A stretch of 64,000 nt of DNA, from contig OZ037766.1 in assembly GCA_964035545.1 (NCBI GenBank), positions 29,948,640-30,012,639 of the forward strand, read 5' to 3'. The stretch is from Bugula neritina (lineage: Eukaryota; Animalia; Bryozoa). Position numbers and translations under genes: made by a program. Shown in pieces: positions 40,816 to 56,948 of the stretch. Each line of letters begins with the position of its first letter. Positions within the stretch are counted from its first letter, which is position 1. Below the pieces are notes generated by a model that searched no databases, had not been told where the DNA came from, and saw only the letters and a list, made by a program, of their open reading frames with translations.

Positions 40816-42854
40816 ATATATGGCTATCACGGCTAGCACCATCGCAGCAAGCATATGCATCGTGCCATAATGTATGGAGAGGGAGACTGAGGAGTTGTCC
40901 TTTCGATAATAATACTACAAAATCTCTACATCATAATTATTTTCTCTGATCTAGTTAAAACCTCTTAGATACAGGGTATTGAAAATTTAGTTTGCTCGTT
41001 TCAGCCATGAAAATTTTTTTAAAACTCTCATAACTGCATTTTGTAAATTTGACAATTGCAAATTTGCAGTGTATATTTAAAAACTAAAAACCTTGTGAAC
41101 CGATAACTTAGTGTTTAGATGCATGTTCATAAGTGTTATAATGGCACATAGAGTTCACTTCTTATTAGCTATAATTAGTAGTTATATAATGATTTCTATG
41201 TGAATCATGCATTTCCTTCTTATTGTCATAGTCAGCATCTATATATAATGCTTGTGTATATATAGTTATTGCTTATAAACGGTTAGTAATAGTTGCTATA
41301 ATAGATTCCAAAGTGCTATTGCCATCTTATATTCATAGTAGTTGTACCAAATAAATCAACATGTAATACATTACAAGTCAGCACCATCTTGTCACACACA
41401 ATCACACATACCATTATACCAATAAGCTAGCTTAGTTTGTATACTTGTAGAATTCCAGTGCCTTTAAATGCTATTGACTAAAACTTTTAAACTTCTATCA
41501 TTACTAATCCAGTTGCATACCATTGACAAAAAAAGACATGAACTAAATAAGTAGTTCATTGAACAATATTAAACTTTTAAATTCTATCTTCATTTGTGCT
41601 TTGATGCAAAGCACTGAACTTACGAAACTTATTCAACAGGTGGTTAATGGAATTTCATTTTTTTTTAACTTTTTGTGATGCTGTTAAACAAATTATAGTC
41701 GTTTTCTATTCAATTACAACCTTATCTAATAAAGCATCTACAGAATTGCACTACTATAGGAAACCATGCAGGCTGATATACGTTTTGGATAATTTGCATT
41801 CAATTTGTTCATTAAACTATCAATTTAGTAATCTGATATGCTCATTTGCTACTCACCCAACGCTGTCAGAGCTGACCAAATTATGTTAGAATTTGCTGTT
41901 ATGCTAGTTGAGCAAGGCAGAGAGAAGCAATGGCAACAATATCAACAAAAAAATCAGGCTTGTCACTTTTGGGAATAAAAAGTTATAAAGCTGTTTATAA
42001 TAAAATCTTAAAGAATTTACAAGAGTCAAGTGAAAACAGTTTTTGACTTGCTGCTTCAACATGTAGGTTCTGCAAATGCTAAAAACACAATGGCTGAATA
42101 CTTATTTTATTTCTCGTCTATTAAAATAAAAATTACAAATCTAAGTCAATAAGTTTTCTCATAAATTTACTGGCTCATACCCCCATGACCGTTGTGACCC
42201 AGTTACCCCTACACACCATGTGCAGCAAATTAAGACTGAAAATTGAAACTAGTTTTAAGTCATTATAAAATTTTACCAGGCCGTGGTATTTTCTAGTGAT
42301 TGTTATAAATATGTAAAGGAAAAAAGGCTGAGAGGGAAACATGCAATGATGAAGTGCATTCAACTGTCATATATATACTGCGTGGTAATTTGTATGTGTT
42401 TGAGGCTCATGATGAAAAACCATCATGGATTCATATATCCCAATTTGCAAAAAGCTTAAGAGAAAACATAAAAAGCCCAACAAAATTAGAAAAAGTTTAA
42501 TTATTTATTTATGTTGTATTTTTTAGCATTTTATTAGTTTAGGGCAAACACATTCTGTATATTAGCAGCTAAATTGCAAAAAATAGCCAAAAAACAGAGA
42601 GATCGAGTGTGCACTAAAGAAAGTAAAATGGCCCTGATTGAGTTCTACATATGGTTTATGATGTTCGATTCAAACGCATGCAAACATGCTTTATTGTGCA
42701 TGACAGCATATTAACATATAATAAACGTATTTATCTCCTTTGCAATATCTAGCCAGTTGTGATTGTTTAGGCTACTCTATATATGATACTTATTTAAATA
42801 TTGTTCTACAGCAGATTTTAGTTTTTTTAATATATATATATATATATATATACA

Positions 42855-42925
<71 letters not shown>

Positions 42926-43048
42926 ATATACCAAGTAATTGGTTGTAGAAAAATGCTTGAAACAAACAAAAAGTTCCAAAAGCAAAGAAAAATAAATAAA
43001 AAACAAAAATTATAATTTTTGAAGCCTTTTAATATAGTATATTTATAC

Positions 43049-44134
43049 TTAATATTTTTCACACATAAAATAATGCGCAGCAGTGCAGGTTCCATCATCC
43101 CATTGAAGATTCTGATTGTTAGCAAATAGACCGAGACAGTCTTGAGGGCCTCCCGCATTGTTGGGACGTTGAGGGTACCAATCCTCTACAACTATGTCTT
43201 TCTCGAGTTTCCCATCCCATTGCCAGACCCCTTGATAGTTTCTTCCGCCAATCCAGATGTATTTGTTGATATGCCCTTTCCATGCTGCATATAAGATAAG
43301 ATAAAATATAGATGTATTTCACTAGCAGCTTTGTGCAATCCTAAATGCAAGACTATAATATTATTGTTATTTTGCTGATGTTATTTGCCATAATCTAGAC
43401 TAAAGCTCGTTTCAAGAAGCATAATATATATAACTATTCCAATATGATTGTGCACTCAAATCCACAATATATCTTTAAAAATTATGAGAATTCACCTGAG
43501 TGAGTTTTCCTCATATGTTTAGCCCAGGATATAGAGTCAGTACTATCAAACACAGCCAGTCTGTCTCCATTTCCTTCACAGTAGGCTTTGGCATCATTCC
43601 ATTTCTTTGACAACGTAACAATTTTGTAGCAGGTGCTAGAATGTGGATTGTAGATATAGCCACTGGGGCAGTTTACTCCATCTGAAAAAAATATATATTT
43701 AGAATGAGCCAAAAATTTTAAACTCAAAATATCAAGTCATGTAAGATACAAGTATTATCTTTTATGTGTGACAACATTTTGTGTCAATTATAACAAGCGT
43801 TTGATGATTTTTGCAATAGTCAAAAACCATTAATAATTAATACAACTATTGCTTTTTTAATTTTCCACATTTCTGCTAATCCGTTCATTAAAATTGTAAA
43901 AAAATAATTAGTTCTAATACGTTTATTTATTTCAAGAGCAATGCAAGAACTTATTAAATTTGGTAAATTCTCAACAGTTTAGTTTTACATCTATTAACAT
44001 TTTATTTGCAATTCTAAACTTGAACCCTATATAAGAACTTTGCTTTACTTACGTCCACATGTTGCATCACTCAGATCAAAACAGACAGCAATAATTGCTG
44101 CCAATAGTAGACCACAGGCTATGCTCTTCTTCAT
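43049..44134 (-). CDS. C-type lectin paralog B, unit 5
   Basis: Copy of 7143-8228 at offset +35906. Confidence 0.95.
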
Positions 44135-44741
44135 AGTAATAGTTTTAGTTTCTCTTGTAGTGTATAACTGATTTTCAGTACTGATGTGCTTATCACATCT
44201 CAACACTCTCCCTTATATACCAAATCTCAATGTGATTACCAAGTAACTTAGCTACCTGATTGGTTGTTTTTTGTCCAGTAAACCGTAAATATATTGCAAA
44301 ACCATCACTAAACATTATTTTTTATATATGACTAAATAAATTATGTCTCTTATACGTATGTAGTTATGACAATTTTCTAGGTCTTGTTTTTTTAAATTAG
44401 CATCAGAAATTATCTTTCAAAAATTGTACATTGCATGAAAGCCCAACAAAAAATTAATTATAATATTTCATTGCATTATATTCTAGTAAACAACATCTGT
44501 TAGATTTATAATTGAGTGTAAAAGACATTGTTAAAATTATTAGCTTAAAATTTCTGCTAATACAAAAGCTAGACTAGACACTGCTTCTTGCTACTTGAAG
44601 AATCTCTGACAGACTCCATTAATGCATTGCTAAGATGTTGATATAGATTTAAGCTGTCATGTCTATAAACTGTTTATTTGAAGGCTTTATGCTCAATAAA
44701 AAGTTTTAATGTAGACTTTGTGTAGAAATATATATATATAT

Positions 44742-45735
44742 TATCAAGAAAAAGAGCAATTTAATTAGATATTATTTTATTGTGCTACTAATTACTATTA
44801 GTTTCATTCCTCTGCAGCACTCTTCAGGCACAATATTGAATTCAAATTTTACATTAAGAAAATCAACATGCTAAACGTACAATGTAAAACATAACACAAA
44901 CATAGCAGTGGCTTTGGTGTTATATAGGTTTGTAAGTGTTTTTAAATATATAAAAAACATAATGTAAAAACACAATTGATAGTAGATGAAGTTGTTGTTG
45001 GGTGACTATGCTCTGTGGGTATTTGGATATTATTTAATTGCTACAGTACATATAATATAAATACAGAGTCTCTATAGGTTTTATGGTTGCACAGTAAGAG
45101 TTTTTTTGAGTGTCGGCAGGTTGATAAGAGTTCGTTTCGCTTGTTTAGAGTACACATGGTAGGTTTGTATAAAATAAAAAAACATTCCCACAGGCATAAA
45201 TTACACCTTTTGGTAATTGTGTTGTATGGTTTTGCTTTCCTCAACATTTTCCAACTTATATTGCGTTTAATGTTTTTGTTAGTTAGTTGCCAAGTGTATT
45301 TGCTAAGTTCTGTTTGATTTGCTTTTTCTTTGTTTTTAAATGATGATTTGTGGTTTGCGTATCTTAGTTTGAACGGTCCTTCACTCAGGCCAATGTATGT
45401 TGCAGGCTCGTTTTCGGTAGTTTCTACAGTTGCTTGGTATATTACTCTGCTCTCCTGACAGTTTTCTTCCAGTGTACAACTTTCTTTTTCTCTGCAGTTG
45501 CAGTTTTTTCTGGGGGTTTTGTTTTGTTGCTTCTGTTTCTCTGTTTTTCTGATATTCTGTTTTTGTGGGCGTCTAAATTATGGTCTGTTTTATGTTTGGC
45601 ATGCAGCTGTAGCTAACTTTTATATTGTTTTTGTTGATTATTTTATAGAGTGGATGTTCAGATTTTAAAGAAGTTTTTTTGCAATTTTTGTGGTTACATA
45701 TTGGCTGTGTGTTGGATTGTACCAATCTACTTTTT
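44742..45735 (-). mobile_element. 5'-truncated PLE copy
   Basis: Copy of 8836-9829. Confidence 0.85.
44778..44835 (-). ncRNA. Type I hammerhead ribozyme, copy
   Basis: Identical to 8872-8929. Confidence 0.85.
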
Positions 45736-47953
45736 TATATTATATATATGTTCAACCATTCAACCACTGAGCATTATAACCTATGAAATCTCAAAATGGT
45801 AATAAAGTCTGCTTTGTCCTTTCTTCGACCATAAAAATTAATCTTTTTAACCTAAAAGGTGAACCCTAAGCTTTGCATATACATTTTATATTTATTCAAA
45901 CATATTATACAACGTGCCCATAAATTTTTTGTCAAAATTTCATCTGCTCCTACAAAATAAAAATCGGAGATGCATTTTATGTGGTGGTGACACATTTAGA
46001 ACTTTGTTTACCAGATTAATTTGTCTGCAATTTTATTGGCTAATATGTTCTCACAAGGCTAATACTAATTGGCTTGCACAGCAGAGTTTTATTGATGATG
46101 AAGTTTTCCTTAAATTAAGGTGATGCAATCAAATACCAAATAGCTAAACGATCATGATAATGACATGGTATACATAATATTAATGGCCTGCGAGATATAC
46201 TTAATATATGCAAATCGTTCATTACACTAAAAACCATTAGAACAGGATTCTACATGGTTTAATGTCAAAAAGTCATGCCATTAATTATCTTGTCACTGAG
46301 TAATTGTTGACAATAAAACACAAGCTATCTTTTAGCCAATAAAATAGCTGGTTTATATGATATATTGAGTAACAGGTTGCTCAACTATAGTGATGATGCA
46401 TGACAAAAATGAATTTTTTCGTGATGACATCAGTAATATTATGTATATTATAAATTACTAGTGAAAAGCTATAATTTATACTTTCATCATTTAGTCTCAG
46501 TGCAGCTGCTCTAATTATTGGTATTAATAAAATTATATTGTAAGCACTAAGAGATGACGCATATATATATGCTTCAAATCAGAAAATAAAATTCTAATTT
46601 TCTTCTCCCATATATAGTACTTAAGGTATTTAGAAATTTTTTTTGAACGGCATCTTTAAAACAATTCATTTTTTCAGTCTAACTTTTAATAGCCATATCA
46701 GCTACTGTGTAATCAATTAGGTGGTAGAATGCGTAGAATCAACTCTCTTGCATTGAAAATAAATATTATATTATAGACCTTCAATTAATGCTTTCTTTTA
46801 ACTTTAACTACAATTAAATTTGTATACATATTCTCCTTATAATACTAAATAATTCAAGTGATCAATAATACCAATGAAGTATTTTGATCTTATATTTAAT
46901 TTTACCAACATTTCATAAAAGCAGCTATTCATTCAACCAGGTACCAACTCAGCTTTTTGCAAGCCACAGGCCACTACTGAGTAGTATTTGAGTTAAAAAT
47001 CAAACAAATTTATATTGCTAAGCGAATCTTACCACGAATCAACATAAATAACTGCATATCTATGTGCATGATGAAGATATAGCACCTTTGTGTATTATAA
47101 TATTATCTGTACTTCATACAGTTGAATGAAAAAAAGATTTTCCCAATAAAACACAGATTATTAGAACTTTAGTTTCAATGCTTAGGTTGAAATATAAAAT
47201 AATTACAAAATAGAAGATGTGACACAGATGACTACTTTATATTTTTACCACTTGAAGAGTAAGTTATTAACTAGGCAAATTACTCATAATCTGGATCATT
47301 AAATATGGAACTGATCACTGGGTAAGGACCTATAAATCTGACAATTAATCTCTATAATACGATATGAACGCAGAAGTAGCATACACTATTTTTCAACAGC
47401 CTGCTATAACTGTAACATATTATCATTACAGGATGTTCCAATTTTACAATTTTACTTTCTTTATTAGTGTGGTATTAAAACTTAAATAATGCTGATATAG
47501 TGTAAAAATGCAAATATTTCACCAAAAGCTTGACGGGGTGATTTTAATATGTTGACTACAAGTTGCTTACTAAAGTATACTTTCAACTTTTACCTTTCAC
47601 CACTATGTCCCCATAAGTCAAGTAGCTGATACAACTTGCTTGCTGTTTATCTATAATTGATTAGTTTGATGGGCTGAAGAAAAGACAATCTGCATATTGT
47701 CATTAATTGTAGCTATCTTACAAATCTTATTTTTATTTTAAAGTCATCCTGCTATGACTCACTATAAACACTTATGTTGCAAATTATATTTAGCAATAAT
47801 TTGGTAATGAAGCTCCTAGAACATCAACCAATCAGATAGCTGAGTTACATGGTAATCGCTTAAAGATTTGGTATATAAGGAGAAGGTTGAGATTTAATAA
47901 ACAAATCAGTACTGAATATCAGTTACACTACAAGAGAAACTAGAACTATTACT

Positions 47954-49047
47954 ATGAGGAAGAGCATAGCCTGTGGTCTACTATTGGCAGCAGTTTTTGC
48001 TGTCTCTGTTGATCTGAGTGATGCAACTTGTGGACGTAAGTAAAATATGGACTTATCAAATCCTAATTTCAGAGTTGAAAATATTAATTAAATGCTTATC
48101 ATCAATTACTATATTATAGTATATACAAAGTATTAGCTAATATTTATGCATATAAGCTAACTTTAATGAGTTTCTAAGCGTTTGAGCAATAAATTGTCGT
48201 ATTAAAACAAATGATAGTTTTTAAGTCCAATAAAAACATTTGTTTGAGTTTGAAAAGTTAATGAGACAGTAGAACTGTATTAAAAACTAAACATTTGTAA
48301 TCTACAAAAAATTTCTTTCATATTTAATAAAAAAATTATCCCTATCCTAAATGACATGATATTTAATGTTTAAAAAGTTTAGTTTAATCCCGAGTATTTT
48401 TTCAGATGGAGTAAACTGCCCCAGTGGGTATCTCCACAATCCACATTCTAGCACCTGCTACAAAATTGTTACATTGTCAAAGAACTGGGATAATGCCAAA
48501 GCCTACTGTGAAGGAAATGGAGACAGACTTGCTGTGTTTGACAGTACTGACTCTATTTCTTGGGCTAAACACATGAGAAAAACTCACTCAGGTAAATTAC
48601 TATAATATAACTTTCAAAATATATTATGATAAAACGTTTGCTTTTTTGAGTGCACATTTATATTGAAATATAGCTCCCCTATCATAGTTCGAGCAAAAAT
48701 GGTTTATATTATTGCAATGAAATAAAAGTAATACTCCGATATTTTTGTTTAAGAAAAAAAGATCATTGGCTAGAGCTAATATAGAAAATATTTTTACCCT
48801 ATTTTATGCAGCATGGAAAGGGCATATCAACAAATACATTTGGATTGGCGGAAGAAACTATCATGGTGTCTGGCAATGGGATGGGAAACTCAAGAAAGAC
48901 ATAGTTGTAGAGGACTGGTACCCCCAACGCCCCAACAATTTAGGAGGTCCTCAAGACTGTCTCGGTCTATTTGCTGATAGTAATGACCTCAAGTGGGATG
49001 ATGGAACCTGCACTTCTGCGGAATATTTTATGTGTGAAAAATATTAA
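47954..49047 (+). CDS. C-type lectin paralog A, unit 6
   Basis: Copy of 3049-4142 at offset +44905. Confidence 0.95.
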
Positions 49048-49398
49048 CTAATAGAATAATTCAAACACTCTTTCTGTTTGTCACATCACAATAGCATGTA
49101 TGTACTTTCAATAATGATCGAAGTTTTCTTTTGACAAGTGATAAATTTTTGCATTGTTTTAAAAATAAATATATTCATGCAGAGTATATTCAGCTAATTG
49201 TGTCTTTACAAAACTAAAGTTATATCAGATACATTTTGCATTAACGGAAAGCAAATAATTATAATTCATTATAGTTGATCTTACCTTTAAAAAGAATTTT
49301 CAAAACTTAAAATTCAATTCTTTAAGCATTTTTGAATGTTAATACCTTTACATATCTTTATAAACATTAATAAAATAACCTTTGAATTATTGTAAAAA

Positions 49399-49525
49399 GG
49401 GAGCAGCCATGGTCTAGGGGTTAGAGCGTTTGCCTAGTAAACATGAAGTCATGGGTTCGAGCCCTGACAAAGGCCATTGGTAATGTTAGGAAAAGCACAT
49501 AGTCATAATTGTTCCCGTGCCTCAT
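49399..49525 (+). mobile_element. tRNA-derived SINE-like remnant, unit 6
   Basis: Copy of 4494-4620. Confidence 0.7.
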
Positions 49526-49660
49526 TTAAATAAGTCCTTAGCTCCTTTTAACAAAAACCCTTTCTATCACAGATTTCTCACAGGGATAGCAACGATAAAC
49601 TTGCGTGAGTTGTTTTTGTTGAATCATTTTAAGAATTTATATTATAAGAATTATATATAC

Positions 49661-49810
<150 letters not shown>

Positions 49811-51849
49811 ATATATGGCTATCACGGCTAGCACCATCGCAGCAAGCATATGCATCGTGCCATAATGTATGGAGAGGGAGACTGAGGAGTTGTCCTTTCG
49901 ATAATAATACTACAAAATCTCTACATCATAATTATTTTCTCTGATCTAGTTAAAACCTCTTAGATACAGGGTATTGAAAATTTAGTTTGCTCGTTTCAGC
50001 CATGAAAATTTTTTTAAAACTCTCATAACTGCATTTTGTAAATTTGACAATTGCAAATTTGCAGTGTATATTTAAAAACTAAAAACCTTGTGAACCGATA
50101 ACTTAGTGTTTAGATGCATGTTCATAAGTGTTATAATGGCACATAGAGTTCACTTCTTATTAGCTATAATTAGTAGTTATATAATGATTTCTATGTGAAT
50201 CATGCATTTCCTTCTTATTGTCATAGTCAGCATCTATATATAATGCTTGTGTATATATAGTTATTGCTTATAAACGGTTAGTAATAGTTGCTATAATAGA
50301 TTCCAAAGTGCTATTGCCATCTTATATTCATAGTAGTTGTACCAAATAAATCAACATGTAATACATTACAAGTCAGCACCATCTTGTCACACACAATCAC
50401 ACATACCATTATACCAATAAGCTAGCTTAGTTTGTATACTTGTAGAATTCCAGTGCCTTTAAATGCTATTGACTAAAACTTTTAAACTTCTATCATTACT
50501 AATCCAGTTGCATACCATTGACAAAAAAAGACATGAACTAAATAAGTAGTTCATTGAACAATATTAAACTTTTAAATTCTATCTTCATTTGTGCTTTGAT
50601 GCAAAGCACTGAACTTACGAAACTTATTCAACAGGTGGTTAATGGAATTTCATTTTTTTTTAACTTTTTGTGATGCTGTTAAACAAATTATAGTCGTTTT
50701 CTATTCAATTACAACCTTATCTAATAAAGCATCTACAGAATTGCACTACTATAGGAAACCATGCAGGCTGATATACGTTTTGGATAATTTGCATTCAATT
50801 TGTTCATTAAACTATCAATTTAGTAATCTGATATGCTCATTTGCTACTCACCCAACGCTGTCAGAGCTGACCAAATTATGTTAGAATTTGCTGTTATGCT
50901 AGTTGAGCAAGGCAGAGAGAAGCAATGGCAACAATATCAACAAAAAAATCAGGCTTGTCACTTTTGGGAATAAAAAGTTATAAAGCTGTTTATAATAAAA
51001 TCTTAAAGAATTTACAAGAGTCAAGTGAAAACAGTTTTTGACTTGCTGCTTCAACATGTAGGTTCTGCAAATGCTAAAAACACAATGGCTGAATACTTAT
51101 TTTATTTCTCGTCTATTAAAATAAAAATTACAAATCTAAGTCAATAAGTTTTCTCATAAATTTACTGGCTCATACCCCCATGACCGTTGTGACCCAGTTA
51201 CCCCTACACACCATGTGCAGCAAATTAAGACTGAAAATTGAAACTAGTTTTAAGTCATTATAAAATTTTACCAGGCCGTGGTATTTTCTAGTGATTGTTA
51301 TAAATATGTAAAGGAAAAAAGGCTGAGAGGGAAACATGCAATGATGAAGTGCATTCAACTGTCATATATATACTGCGTGGTAATTTGTATGTGTTTGAGG
51401 CTCATGATGAAAAACCATCATGGATTCATATATCCCAATTTGCAAAAAGCTTAAGAGAAAACATAAAAAGCCCAACAAAATTAGAAAAAGTTTAATTATT
51501 TATTTATGTTGTATTTTTTAGCATTTTATTAGTTTAGGGCAAACACATTCTGTATATTAGCAGCTAAATTGCAAAAAATAGCCAAAAAACAGAGAGATCG
51601 AGTGTGCACTAAAGAAAGTAAAATGGCCCTGATTGAGTTCTACATATGGTTTATGATGTTCGATTCAAACGCATGCAAACATGCTTTATTGTGCATGACA
51701 GCATATTAACATATAATAAACGTATTTATCTCCTTTGCAATATCTAGCCAGTTGTGATTGTTTAGGCTACTCTATATATGATACTTATTTAAATATTGTT
51801 CTACAGCAGATTTTAGTTTTTTTAATATATATATATATATATATATACA

Positions 51850-51920
<71 letters not shown>

Positions 51921-52043
51921 ATATACCAAGTAATTGGTTGTAGAAAAATGCTTGAAACAAACAAAAAGTTCCAAAAGCAAAGAAAAATAAATAAAAAACA
52001 AAAATTATAATTTTTGAAGCCTTTTAATATAGTATATTTATAC

Positions 52044-53129
52044 TTAATATTTTTCACACATAAAATAATGCGCAGCAGTGCAGGTTCCATCATCCCATTG
52101 AAGATTCTGATTGTTAGCAAATAGACCGAGACAGTCTTGAGGGCCTCCCGCATTGTTGGGACGTTGAGGGTACCAATCCTCTACAACTATGTCTTTCTCG
52201 AGTTTCCCATCCCATTGCCAGACCCCTTGATAGTTTCTTCCGCCAATCCAGATGTATTTGTTGATATGCCCTTTCCATGCTGCATATAAGATAAGATAAA
52301 ATATAGATGTATTTCACTAGCAGCTTTGTGCAATCCTAAATGCAAGACTATAATATTATTGTTATTTTGCTGATGTTATTTGCCATAATCTAGACTAAAG
52401 CTCGTTTCAAGAAGCATAATATATATAACTATTCCAATATGATTGTGCACTCAAATCCACAATATATCTTTAAAAATTATGAGAATTCACCTGAGTGAGT
52501 TTTCCTCATATGTTTAGCCCAGGATATAGAGTCAGTACTATCAAACACAGCCAGTCTGTCTCCATTTCCTTCACAGTAGGCTTTGGCATCATTCCATTTC
52601 TTTGACAACGTAACAATTTTGTAGCAGGTGCTAGAATGTGGATTGTAGATATAGCCACTGGGGCAGTTTACTCCATCTGAAAAAAATATATATTTAGAAT
52701 GAGCCAAAAATTTTAAACTCAAAATATCAAGTCATGTAAGATACAAGTATTATCTTTTATGTGTGACAACATTTTGTGTCAATTATAACAAGCGTTTGAT
52801 GATTTTTGCAATAGTCAAAAACCATTAATAATTAATACAACTATTGCTTTTTTAATTTTCCACATTTCTGCTAATCCGTTCATTAAAATTGTAAAAAAAT
52901 AATTAGTTCTAATACGTTTATTTATTTCAAGAGCAATGCAAGAACTTATTAAATTTGGTAAATTCTCAACAGTTTAGTTTTACATCTATTAACATTTTAT
53001 TTGCAATTCTAAACTTGAACCCTATATAAGAACTTTGCTTTACTTACGTCCACATGTTGCATCACTCAGATCAAAACAGACAGCAATAATTGCTGCCAAT
53101 AGTAGACCACAGGCTATGCTCTTCTTCAT
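52044..53129 (-). CDS. C-type lectin paralog B, unit 6
   Basis: Copy of 7143-8228 at offset +44901. Confidence 0.95.
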
Positions 53130-53736
53130 AGTAATAGTTTTAGTTTCTCTTGTAGTGTATAACTGATTTTCAGTACTGATGTGCTTATCACATCTCAACA
53201 CTCTCCCTTATATACCAAATCTCAATGTGATTACCAAGTAACTTAGCTACCTGATTGGTTGTTTTTTGTCCAGTAAACCGTAAATATATTGCAAAACCAT
53301 CACTAAACATTATTTTTTATATATGACTAAATAAATTATGTCTCTTATACGTATGTAGTTATGACAATTTTCTAGGTCTTGTTTTTTTAAATTAGCATCA
53401 GAAATTATCTTTCAAAAATTGTACATTGCATGAAAGCCCAACAAAAAATTAATTATAATATTTCATTGCATTATATTCTAGTAAACAACATCTGTTAGAT
53501 TTATAATTGAGTGTAAAAGACATTGTTAAAATTATTAGCTTAAAATTTCTGCTAATACAAAAGCTAGACTAGACACTGCTTCTTGCTACTTGAAGAATCT
53601 CTGACAGACTCCATTAATGCATTGCTAAGATGTTGATATAGATTTAAGCTGTCATGTCTATAAACTGTTTATTTGAAGGCTTTATGCTCAATAAAAAGTT
53701 TTAATGTAGACTTTGTGTAGAAATATATATATATAT

Positions 53737-54730
53737 TATCAAGAAAAAGAGCAATTTAATTAGATATTATTTTATTGTGCTACTAATTACTATTAGTTTC
53801 ATTCCTCTGCAGCACTCTTCAGGCACAATATTGAATTCAAATTTTACATTAAGAAAATCAACATGCTAAACGTACAATGTAAAACATAACACAAACATAG
53901 CAGTGGCTTTGGTGTTATATAGGTTTGTAAGTGTTTTTAAATATATAAAAAACATAATGTAAAAACACAATTGATAGTAGATGAAGTTGTTGTTGGGTGA
54001 CTATGCTCTGTGGGTATTTGGATATTATTTAATTGCTACAGTACATATAATATAAATACAGAGTCTCTATAGGTTTTATGGTTGCACAGTAAGAGTTTTT
54101 TTGAGTGTCGGCAGGTTGATAAGAGTTCGTTTCGCTTGTTTAGAGTACACATGGTAGGTTTGTATAAAATAAAAAAACATTCCCACAGGCATAAATTACA
54201 CCTTTTGGTAATTGTGTTGTATGGTTTTGCTTTCCTCAACATTTTCCAACTTATATTGCGTTTAATGTTTTTGTTAGTTAGTTGCCAAGTGTATTTGCTA
54301 AGTTCTGTTTGATTTGCTTTTTCTTTGTTTTTAAATGATGATTTGTGGTTTGCGTATCTTAGTTTGAACGGTCCTTCACTCAGGCCAATGTATGTTGCAG
54401 GCTCGTTTTCGGTAGTTTCTACAGTTGCTTGGTATATTACTCTGCTCTCCTGACAGTTTTCTTCCAGTGTACAACTTTCTTTTTCTCTGCAGTTGCAGTT
54501 TTTTCTGGGGGTTTTGTTTTGTTGCTTCTGTTTCTCTGTTTTTCTGATATTCTGTTTTTGTGGGCGTCTAAATTATGGTCTGTTTTATGTTTGGCATGCA
54601 GCTGTAGCTAACTTTTATATTGTTTTTGTTGATTATTTTATAGAGTGGATGTTCAGATTTTAAAGAAGTTTTTTTGCAATTTTTGTGGTTACATATTGGC
54701 TGTGTGTTGGATTGTACCAATCTACTTTTT
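53737..54730 (-). mobile_element. 5'-truncated PLE copy
   Basis: Copy of 8836-9829. Confidence 0.85.
53773..53830 (-). ncRNA. Type I hammerhead ribozyme, copy
   Basis: Identical to 8872-8929. Confidence 0.85.
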
Positions 54731-56948
54731 TATATTATATATATGTTCAACCATTCAACCACTGAGCATTATAACCTATGAAATCTCAAAATGGTAATAA
54801 AGTCTGCTTTGTCCTTTCTTCGACCATAAAAATTAATCTTTTTAACCTAAAAGGTGAACCCTAAGCTTTGCATATACATTTTATATTTATTCAAACATAT
54901 TATACAACGTGCCCATAAATTTTTTGTCAAAATTTCATCTGCTCCTACAAAATAAAAATCGGAGATGCATTTTATGTGGTGGTGACACATTTAGAACTTT
55001 GTTTACCAGATTAATTTGTCTGCAATTTTATTGGCTAATATGTTCTCACAAGGCTAATACTAATTGGCTTGCACAGCAGAGTTTTATTGATGATGAAGTT
55101 TTCCTTAAATTAAGGTGATGCAATCAAATACCAAATAGCTAAACGATCATGATAATGACATGGTATACATAATATTAATGGCCTGCGAGATATACTTAAT
55201 ATATGCAAATCGTTCATTACACTAAAAACCATTAGAACAGGATTCTACATGGTTTAATGTCAAAAAGTCATGCCATTAATTATCTTGTCACTGAGTAATT
55301 GTTGACAATAAAACACAAGCTATCTTTTAGCCAATAAAATAGCTGGTTTATATGATATATTGAGTAACAGGTTGCTCAACTATAGTGATGATGCATGACA
55401 AAAATGAATTTTTTCGTGATGACATCAGTAATATTATGTATATTATAAATTACTAGTGAAAAGCTATAATTTATACTTTCATCATTTAGTCTCAGTGCAG
55501 CTGCTCTAATTATTGGTATTAATAAAATTATATTGTAAGCACTAAGAGATGACGCATATATATATGCTTCAAATCAGAAAATAAAATTCTAATTTTCTTC
55601 TCCCATATATAGTACTTAAGGTATTTAGAAATTTTTTTTGAACGGCATCTTTAAAACAATTCATTTTTTCAGTCTAACTTTTAATAGCCATATCAGCTAC
55701 TGTGTAATCAATTAGGTGGTAGAATGCGTAGAATCAACTCTCTTGCATTGAAAATAAATATTATATTATAGACCTTCAATTAATGCTTTCTTTTAACTTT
55801 AACTACAATTAAATTTGTATACATATTCTCCTTATAATACTAAATAATTCAAGTGATCAATAATACCAATGAAGTATTTTGATCTTATATTTAATTTTAC
55901 CAACATTTCATAAAAGCAGCTATTCATTCAACCAGGTACCAACTCAGCTTTTTGCAAGCCACAGGCCACTACTGAGTAGTATTTGAGTTAAAAATCAAAC
56001 AAATTTATATTGCTAAGCGAATCTTACCACGAATCAACATAAATAACTGCATATCTATGTGCATGATGAAGATATAGCACCTTTGTGTATTATAATATTA
56101 TCTGTACTTCATACAGTTGAATGAAAAAAAGATTTTCCCAATAAAACACAGATTATTAGAACTTTAGTTTCAATGCTTAGGTTGAAATATAAAATAATTA
56201 CAAAATAGAAGATGTGACACAGATGACTACTTTATATTTTTACCACTTGAAGAGTAAGTTATTAACTAGGCAAATTACTCATAATCTGGATCATTAAATA
56301 TGGAACTGATCACTGGGTAAGGACCTATAAATCTGACAATTAATCTCTATAATACGATATGAACGCAGAAGTAGCATACACTATTTTTCAACAGCCTGCT
56401 ATAACTGTAACATATTATCATTACAGGATGTTCCAATTTTACAATTTTACTTTCTTTATTAGTGTGGTATTAAAACTTAAATAATGCTGATATAGTGTAA
56501 AAATGCAAATATTTCACCAAAAGCTTGACGGGGTGATTTTAATATGTTGACTACAAGTTGCTTACTAAAGTATACTTTCAACTTTTACCTTTCACCACTA
56601 TGTCCCCATAAGTCAAGTAGCTGATACAACTTGCTTGCTGTTTATCTATAATTGATTAGTTTGATGGGCTGAAGAAAAGACAATCTGCATATTGTCATTA
56701 ATTGTAGCTATCTTACAAATCTTATTTTTATTTTAAAGTCATCCTGCTATGACTCACTATAAACACTTATGTTGCAAATTATATTTAGCAATAATTTGGT
56801 AATGAAGCTCCTAGAACATCAACCAATCAGATAGCTGAGTTACATGGTAATCGCTTAAAGATTTGGTATATAAGGAGAAGGTTGAGATTTAATAAACAAA
56901 TCAGTACTGAATATCAGTTACACTACAAGAGAAACTAGAACTATTACT